A stretch of DNA of 64,000 nucleotides from contig CAVUPH010000012.1 in the NCBI GenBank assembly GCA_963743305.1, positions 64,001-128,000 on the forward strand, read 5' to 3'. Positions 57,791 to 64,000 of the stretch are shown here, piece by piece. The DNA is from an uncultured delta proteobacterium. Its GTDB lineage: Bacteria; Desulfobacterota; RBG-13-43-22. A program made the position numbers and the translations under genes. The notes beneath the pieces are model-generated. The model had not been told where the DNA came from. It worked only from the letters and a program-made list of their open reading frames with translations, and ran no database searches. Each line of letters begins with the position of its first letter. Position 1 is the stretch's first letter.

Positions 57791-58543
57791 GTGAACCCAG
57801 CAGCTCCGGAATCCATTTTGACGGTAGAGGAGGTCAGCAAGTCCTTCGGGGGTCTGCTGGCCATAAACAATGCCCATCTTTCCGTAAAGAAGGGGGAACT
57901 GCGGGCTTTGATCGGACCGAACGGGGCCGGCAAAACGACCCTGCTCAATCTGATTACCGGCATTTACCCGGTCTCCCGAGGACAGATCTATTTCAAGAAT
58001 GAAGAAATTACCCATCTGACCCCGGATCGGATTTCCCGCAAGGGGATTTCCCGGACCATGCAGATCACCAGTCTGTTTTCCGGGTTGACGGTATTTGAAA
58101 ATATCTGGGCGGCGGTCCAGTCCCGGAAGAAATTCTTCAATCCCTTTATTCGGGCCTCTAAATGTCAGGATGTCCGGGACAAGACGCATCAGATGCTGGA
58201 ACTCACCGGGCTTCAGGACAAGGCCGACCTGATCTGTTCCGAACTGGCTTACGGGGAACAGCGCATCCTGGAAATGGGCATCGCCCTGAGTACCAGCCCC
58301 GACCTGCTCCTGCTTGATGAGCCCACGGCCGGCCTGAATACCCAGGAGTCCATGGCCTTGGTCAGAAAAATGAGAACCATGCTTTCCGGCCAGACCATTG
58401 TACTGGTGGAACACGACATGGGGGTCGTAATGGAACTGGCCGACCGGATTTCGGTGCTTCATTACGGGGAAATCTTGGCCGAAGGCGCCCCGGATGAAAT
58501 CAGGAATAACGAAGAGGTAAAAAAAGTCTATTTGGGGCATTAG
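57791..58543 (+). CDS. Branched-chain ABC ATPase (LivG-like)
   Basis: GPNGAGKT, LAYGEQR, LLDEPTAG, VEHDM. Confidence 0.92.
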   Translation: MNPAAPESILTVEEVSKSFGGLLAINNAHLSVKKGELRALIGPNGAGKTTLLNLITGIYPVSRGQIYFKNEEITHLTPDRISRKGISRTMQITSLFSGLTVFENIWAAVQSRKKFFNPFIRASKCQDVRDKTHQMLELTGLQDKADLICSELAYGEQRILEMGIALSTSPDLLLLDEPTAGLNTQESMALVRKMRTMLSGQTIVLVEHDMGVVMELADRISVLHYGEILAEGAPDEIRNNEEVKKVYLGH

Positions 58544-58544
58544 T

Positions 58545-59246
58545 ATGTTAACCATGAAAGAAGTGAACTGTTTTTACGGAAAAAGCCATGTCCTAAACGA
58601 CACCTCCCTGAAGATTCGGGAAAAGGAACTGGTGGGCCTGGCCGGGCGTAACGGGGTCGGTAAGACCACCACACTGAAAGCCATTATGGGCCTGGTCCCG
58701 CCCAAAAGCGGCGAGGTCCGTTTTGACCAATGCACCCTTTCCAAATTGCCGGCTTATCAAGTCCCCCGCCAAGGCATTGCTTATGTCCCCCAGGGGCGAC
58801 ACCTTTTCCCCAAATTGACGGTCATGGAGAACCTTCGGATCCCTATCGTCCAGGGGACCTTCGATCCCGACGCGCTGGAAGAAGTCTTTGACTACTTCCC
58901 CCGTTTAAAGGAAAGGCTCAAACAAAAAGCCGGCACCCTTTCCGGAGGGGAACAGCAGATGTTGGCCGTCGGTCGGGCACTGATCATCAAGCCCCGATTG
59001 ATTTTGTTGGATGAGCCTACGGAAGGACTCATGCCTTTGCTGGTTCAGGCCATCAGCCAGACCGTAAAAGCCATCAACGCCAAAGGAACCACAATCCTGC
59101 TAGTGGAACAGAACCTCAAAACCTTGAAAGACGTTTGTCATCGTATTTATATTATGGAAAAAGGCTCCATTGTTTATCAGGGGACCCCGGCTGACCTGGA
59201 GGCCGCCCCGGAGATCCAGGATCGTTATTTGAGTGTCAAAGTCTAG
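58545..59246 (+). CDS. Branched-chain ABC ATPase (LivF-like)
   Basis: GRNGVGKT, LSGGEQQMLA, LDEPTEGL, LVEQN. Confidence 0.92.
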   Translation: MLTMKEVNCFYGKSHVLNDTSLKIREKELVGLAGRNGVGKTTTLKAIMGLVPPKSGEVRFDQCTLSKLPAYQVPRQGIAYVPQGRHLFPKLTVMENLRIPIVQGTFDPDALEEVFDYFPRLKERLKQKAGTLSGGEQQMLAVGRALIIKPRLILLDEPTEGLMPLLVQAISQTVKAINAKGTTILLVEQNLKTLKDVCHRIYIMEKGSIVYQGTPADLEAAPEIQDRYLSVKV

Positions 59247-60096
59247 ATTTTTACATCCGTTGTTCGAGACAATTTCTCAGAACAATGGATGTAAAAATCT
59301 ACGTGGGAGTACGTTCGTTATTAAAAAATCTTCATACTGGGTCCTGGTCGGTCTGGCCCTTATTCTGGCAGGGCGCCTGGAAGCAGAGGAATTCGGGATC
59401 GTTCACTTCAAAAACCAGGAATTTCTGGTTAAGCGCGATCCCCTGAGCCGAAGTCCGGTGATTATTAGGGGGAAAGACCGGCCGATCATCACCCTGAAAG
59501 GGGCACTAACCCGTTCCCGGGTTGTTCAAAGCGGCGCCTTGGTCGCTGATCGACTAAACCCGCTGCTTCCACTCACCGCGAAGCAGATCAAATTTAAATC
59601 CGCCGAGAAGATCGACGGCCTTTGGTATGTCAGCTTCTGGCAGACCGCCGGGGGCCTTATCGTTTTTGGATCGTCGTTGGGTTATAGTGTGGACCGCAGG
59701 GGGCGTATCCTCTCCACCGGATCGGTCATTTACCCGGCCATTGAGGTCCCAACCGCCGTCAAGGTTGATCGGAAGGCGGCTTTGGAAACATCGACACGGT
59801 CCATTAAAAATTTTCAGACACTGAAATATAAACTCTTCGCCGAGAATGTCATCATCTATCCGGATCGGAAGGCCAACCCTGTTCGGTTTTATCAGGTTTA
59901 CGCCTTCAACTTTTTCCCTCCTGCGGAGGCCCTGCACCCGGCTTCAGCGGAAGCGGGTTGGGGTATTTTCGTAGATACCCAGACCGGAAAGATCGTGGAT
60001 CGCCAGACTCTTTTTAAACCCTTGGGCTGTTGTGTCCCGGAGGAAGGCCCTCCCCTGGACACCCAAGAACTTTATAAATCTCAAATCGGAAAATAA
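59233..60096 (+). CDS. Exported hypothetical protein resembling an FTP/PepSY peptidase propeptide (start uncertain)
   Basis: Signal-like segment; WYVSFWQTAGGLIVFGS, FVDTQTGKIVD; no HExxH domain. Confidence 0.5.
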   Translation: MSKSRFLHPLFETISQNNGCKNLRGSTFVIKKSSYWVLVGLALILAGRLEAEEFGIVHFKNQEFLVKRDPLSRSPVIIRGKDRPIITLKGALTRSRVVQSGALVADRLNPLLPLTAKQIKFKSAEKIDGLWYVSFWQTAGGLIVFGSSLGYSVDRRGRILSTGSVIYPAIEVPTAVKVDRKAALETSTRSIKNFQTLKYKLFAENVIIYPDRKANPVRFYQVYAFNFFPPAEALHPASAEAGWGIFVDTQTGKIVDRQTLFKPLGCCVPEEGPPLDTQELYKSQIGK

Positions 60097-60121
60097 TTAC
60101 CAGCAAGGAGGAAATTTCGCC

Positions 60122-61135
60122 ATGACTTTAAAAGAACGGGTGCTGAACCGTCTTCAGGGAAAAGAAGTGGACAAAACCCCGGTGGGGTGTACGACAACCT
60201 ACGGGGTGGTGGATTTCATGAAAAAATGCGGCTTCGAGCGACCCCAGGCCGATACCGATCCGCTGGCCATGACCGAACTGGCCATGGCCGGGCACACCTA
60301 TGGCGGCTTCGAGTGGGTCAAAGCCATGGGTTGGGACATCGTGGCCTTGAGTGAGGCCCTGGGCTGCGAGTTGGGAACACCGCGGATCGACCGGCAGTAT
60401 TATATCAATTCCTTCCCCTACGCGGAAGGAGTGGATCGTCTGGAATTCCCCTCCGACTTCCTCTCCCGCGGCCGCTTCCCGGCTTTTAAAGAACATCTGA
60501 AACTCCTTAAAGATCGGGTGGGCGATCGGATGGCCATTTTCGGTGAAACCGAAGGGGCCTTTACCTCTGCCGCCAATCTGGTGGGTCCCGAACAATTTAT
60601 CAAATGGGCCATCAAAAAGCCCGATCAGGTGGCCAAAACGTTGGAAGTCACCAAACAGGCGGCCGTCGCCGCCGCCAACTTTGCCTTTGATAACGGAGTT
60701 GATTTTTTCGTCTTTGCCGAACCGACTTCCGGACCGGCCCTGCTGAATCCCCGGATCTATGAGAAGCTGGTGTTGCCCGTGGAAAAAGAGATCGTCAGCC
60801 AAATCAAAGGTCCGGTGGTGTTGCACATCTGTGCCGATACCGATCCGATTATGGATTTCATGTGTCAGACCGGAGCGGCCGGGATCAGTATCGAGGAAAA
60901 GGCCGATTTGAAGCGGGCCGTGGAAATCGCGCATCGCTATGGAGTCAAGGTCTTCGGCAATGTGGCCACGGCCACCACCATTTTTAACGGCACTCCGGAG
61001 GAGGTTTACCGGGAAGCGATCACCGCCCTCACCCATGGGACAGACTTCCTTTGCCCGGGTTGCGGCATCGCCCCCGGCTCTCCGCTGGAAAATATCGTCC
61101 AGATGAAAAAGGCCCGGGATGATTTTTTTAAATAG
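60122..61135 (+). CDS. MtaA/CmuA-family methylcobamide methyltransferase (UroD fold)
   Basis: EALGCE, AEPTSG, VLHICAD, GNV, PGCGIAPGSPLEN (Zn-binding His/Cys/Cys). Confidence 0.9.
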   Translation: MTLKERVLNRLQGKEVDKTPVGCTTTYGVVDFMKKCGFERPQADTDPLAMTELAMAGHTYGGFEWVKAMGWDIVALSEALGCELGTPRIDRQYYINSFPYAEGVDRLEFPSDFLSRGRFPAFKEHLKLLKDRVGDRMAIFGETEGAFTSAANLVGPEQFIKWAIKKPDQVAKTLEVTKQAAVAAANFAFDNGVDFFVFAEPTSGPALLNPRIYEKLVLPVEKEIVSQIKGPVVLHICADTDPIMDFMCQTGAAGISIEEKADLKRAVEIAHRYGVKVFGNVATATTIFNGTPEEVYREAITALTHGTDFLCPGCGIAPGSPLENIVQMKKARDDFFK

Positions 61136-61174
61136 GGGGCCTCAAATCATTTATCAAAAGAAGGAGGAATAGAC

Positions 61175-61856
61175 ATGGCTTCAGAAGAAAGAACCCAAGA
61201 GATCATAAAGGGACTTCAGCAGGCGGTAATTGAGTTTGACGAGGACAAGACCAGGGAATTGGCGCAGGCCTCCATCGATGAAGGGGTGGATCCTTTTCTG
61301 GCCACCATGGAAGGTCTGGCTGAAGGAATGATTCAGGTGGGCGATCTGTATAATAAAAAAGAGTACTTTGTCTCGGAACTCCTGTTGTGCGCCGACGCCC
61401 TTTATGCGGGATTGGACTTACTCAAACCGGCTATTGTGGCCTCCGGAAGAATCAGTGAGGCCAAAGGCTCCATCGTGCTTGGGAGTGGTGGAAGGCGATG
61501 TCCACGACATCGGTAAGAATTTGATCAAGATGATGTTCGATGTGGCCGGCTGGACCGTCTACGATCTGGGAAAGGATGTTCCTTTGGAAAAATTCGTCGA
61601 AGAACAACTGCGGACCGATTCGGATATCGTCGGTCTTTCGGCGTTGATGACCACCAGCATGATCAGCATGCCGGAAATCGTCAAGAAGCTGAAAGAGAAA
61701 AATCCCAAGGTTCGGATTATGCTGGGCGGCGCTCCGATAACGCCGGAAACCGTGGAAAAGTACGGCGCCGACGGGTACGCCAAGGACGCGGGGACGGCCG
61801 TTGATGAAGCCATCAAATTGATTAAAATGTTGAGGACCGAGGAAAAGACCAAATAG
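61175..61856 (+). CDS. Corrinoid (B12-binding) protein (frameshift ~61481)
   Basis: EYFVSELL cap; VEGDVHDIGKN, DLGKDVP, LSALMTT, GGAP, GADGYA. Confidence 0.88.
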
Positions 61857-61871
61857 GAAGGAGCAGTCTTT

Positions 61872-64000
61872 ATGGCGAGTGGTGAAAGTGAAAAATGCCT
61901 GGTCATTTTTCAGCCCTCAGGATGCCGAGGATATGTCGATAGAGGCAAGACCCTTAAACAGGCCTCCGTGGCCCTGGGCGTGGATATCGAGGGGGTCTGC
62001 GGTGAACAGGCCATTTGCGGAACCTGCAAGGTCCGGATTGAGGAAGGGGAATTTGAAAAGTACGGTATCCGTTCCGGCCGGGAGAGCATCTCGGCTATGG
62101 GCCCCTCTGAAAGAAAATTTTTTAATTTGCGCCAGGTGGATGAAGGCTATCGTCTGGCCTGTCAGGCCCAGATCCTGGACGACGTGGTTATTTTCGTCCC
62201 GGAAGAAAGCCGCATGGGGAAGCAGGTGGTCCGCAAGGCCGCTACCTCGCGGCCCATGGCCGTCAAACCGGTGGTCCGAAAATATACCCTGTCCCTGGTC
62301 AAAGCCACCCTGGAGGATAATGTCGGAGACTGGGAACGGGTGACCGCGGCCCTGGAGACCCAATACGGGCTCAAGGACCTGACCATCGATTATGAAGCCC
62401 TCATGTTCTTGCAGGACCTGGTCCGGCAAGGAGAGTGGAAGATTACCGTTTCGGTCTGGCACGGCCAGGAGGTCATCCGGGTTGAGCCGGGGTTTAATGA
62501 AAAAGGCTACGGCCTGGCGGTCGACGTGGGCACCTCCACGGTGGCCGGATATCTATGTGATCTGTCCGACGGCACGGTGGTGGCCACCGCCTCCATGATG
62601 AATCCCCAGATCGTCTACGGGGAAGATGTCATGTCCCGGATCAGCTACACCATGACCAATCCCGAAGGTCTGGAGATCTTAAACCAGGCCATTATCGACG
62701 GCCTGAACAATATCGCCGCCGAGGTGGCCGAAAGCGCCGGCATCAAACGCCAGGATATCCTGGATATGTCCCTGGTGGGCAATACCTGTATGCATCATAT
62801 TTACCTGAACATCAATCCCCGCTATATCGGTCGTTCCCCCTTTCCCCCCAGTCTACATCATTCCCTGGACGTCAAGGCGCGCGATTTCGGCTTCAAGATC
62901 CCCCAGGAAAAAGAGCGGGAAGAGAAGGGCAAGTACGCCCCTTGTCGGGTGGAATGTCCGGCCGGGGTCAATGTAGACGACTTTTTATATCTCATCGCCC
63001 AACGCAAATTTAAGGAGGCCCTGGAATTGGTCCGCCTTTCCTACCCCTTTCCCGGGGTCTGCGGACGGGTCTGCACCCATCCCTGTGAACAAATTTGTGA
63101 AAGGGGAAAAGTGGATGAGCCCATCTCCATTCGGGCGGCCCATCGTTTCCTGGGCGATTTTGAATTGACTGCGGGAAGGGAAAAGGCTACTCCGGTGGAA
63201 CTGAAAAAAGAGGCCCCCATCGCCGTGGTCGGATCAGGACCGGCCGGTCTGGCCTGTGCCTATGACCTGATCAATCGAGGATATCCGGTAACGGTTTTTG
63301 AAGCCCAGTCCCAGGCCGGAGGAATGATGCGTTACGGCATCCCGGAATATCGGCTGCCTAAACGTATTTTGGATGATGAAATCCGTTATATTGAAGAACT
63401 GGGCCTGGAGATCAGGACCAATACCCCGGTAAAAAACCTGAAGGATCTTTTCGATCAGGAGTATAAAGCCGTCTTCCTGGCCACCGGGACCTGGAAAAGT
63501 CAAAAATTAAATGTTCCCGGTGAGGAAAGCCCGGGGGTGATGATGGCCCTCGACCTGCTCCGGGAGGTCAATTCAGGGGCGAAGGTCGAATTAAGCGGAA
63601 AAGTAGCCGTGGTCGGAGGCGGCAGCGTGGCCGTTGACGCGGCTCGAATGGCCCAACGGCTAGGTGCCCGGGAAGTCCATCTGATCTGCCTGGAGTCCGA
63701 CGACCTCACCTGCCAAGACCGGATGCCGGCCCAGGATTTGGAAATCGACCAGGCCCGCGAAGAGGGTGTGATCGTTCATCCCTCTCTGGGCGTCGGCACC
63801 ATCGTGGTCGACCAAGGCCGGGTCAGCGCCGTGGAAACCATAGGCTGTGTATCGGTCTACGATGACCGGGGACGGTTCGCGCCGCAGTTTTCCGAAGAAC
63901 CGGCTCTCCCTATTGCCGTGGAGACCGTCATTGTGGCCATAGGCCAGAGGGCCGAAGAAGATCTCTTTCCCGATTTGGCCCGCCAGCCTTCGGGCATCTT
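61872..64000 (+). CDS. RACo/RamA-type corrinoid reductive activator (2Fe-2S + ASKHA) fused in frame to a GltD/Nfn-like FAD/NAD(P)H oxidoreductase; runs off window
   Basis: Manual translation: CGEQAICGTC...RLACQ, VDVGTSTV, NPQIVYGEDVMSRI, GNTCMHH, LDVKARDFG, then APCRVECPAG, CGRVCTHPCEQIC, GSGPAG, GGMMRYGIP, GGGSVAVD, VAIGQ; no stop before window end. Confidence 0.85.
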   Translation, partial: MASGESEKCLVIFQPSGCRGYVDRGKTLKQASVALGVDIEGVCGEQAICGTCKVRIEEGEFEKYGIRSGRESISAMGPSERKFFNLRQVDEGYRLACQAQILDDVVIFVPEESRMGKQVVRKAATSRPMAVKPVVRKYTLSLVKATLEDNVGDWERVTAALETQYGLKDLTIDYEALMFLQDLVRQGEWKITVSVWHGQEVIRVEPGFNEKGYGLAVDVGTSTVAGYLCDLSDGTVVATASMMNPQIVYGEDVMSRISYTMTNPEGLEILNQAIIDGLNNIAAEVAESAGIKRQDILDMSLVGNTCMHHIYLNINPRYIGRSPFPPSLHHSLDVKARDFGFKIPQEKEREEKGKYAPCRVECPAGVNVDDFLYLIAQRKFKEALELVRLSYPFPGVCGRVCTHPCEQICERGKVDEPISIRAAHRFLGDFELTAGREKATPVELKKEAPIAVVGSGPAGLACAYDLINRGYPVTVFEAQSQAGGMMRYGIPEYRLPKRILDDEIRYIEELGLEIRTNTPVKNLKDLFDQEYKAVFLATGTWKSQKLNVPGEESPGVMMALDLLREVNSGAKVELSGKVAVVGGGSVAVDAARMAQRLGAREVHLICLESDDLTCQDRMPAQDLEIDQAREEGVIVHPSLGVGTIVVDQGRVSAVETIGCVSVYDDRGRFAPQFSEEPALPIAVETVIVAIGQRAEEDLFPDLARQPSGI

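Noticed and set aside
61879-63709. Short ORFs listed in the last 2 kb
   Set aside because: Alternative frames of the long open RACo-GltD ORF starting at 61872.

Overview
Chromosomal window from an anaerobic Desulfobacterota-like (deltaproteobacterial) organism, inferred from gene content. It carries: envelope/LarA/YedF housekeeping genes (0-9 kb); a glutarate/acyl-CoA catabolic locus with non-decarboxylating glutaryl-CoA dehydrogenase and GcdA (12.5-21.5 kb); three secreted proteins sharing a [YF]-[LF]-P-[LV]-V motif, two of them chagasin(I42)-papain(C1A) fusions, with sigma28-like promoters at both outer ends of the cluster (21.6-27.3 kb); a FabH/SDR/SCP2-thiolase/DUF35 operon; a NitD-NitE-like radical SAM-GNAT fusion behind an ABC transporter; a toxin-antitoxin patchwork with REP-like elements (36-41 kb); a 13-heme cytochrome c/cytochrome b/NarI/HdrD-like complex led by a BPL-N gene and preceded by a degenerate AOR plus ferredoxin (41-49 kb); and a long + strand run (FadR, MmsA, FAD oxidoreductase, CCG Fe-S protein, Liv-type ABC, MtaA, corrinoid protein). 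That run ends in a corrinoid reductive activator (RACo/RamA) with an in-frame GltD/Nfn-like NAD(P)H-flavin module, which runs off the window. About ten single-base frameshifts in otherwise intact genes look like long-read errors. No rRNA, tRNA, CRISPR array, integrase or transposase was seen. All calls come from motif recognition by eye, with no database searches.
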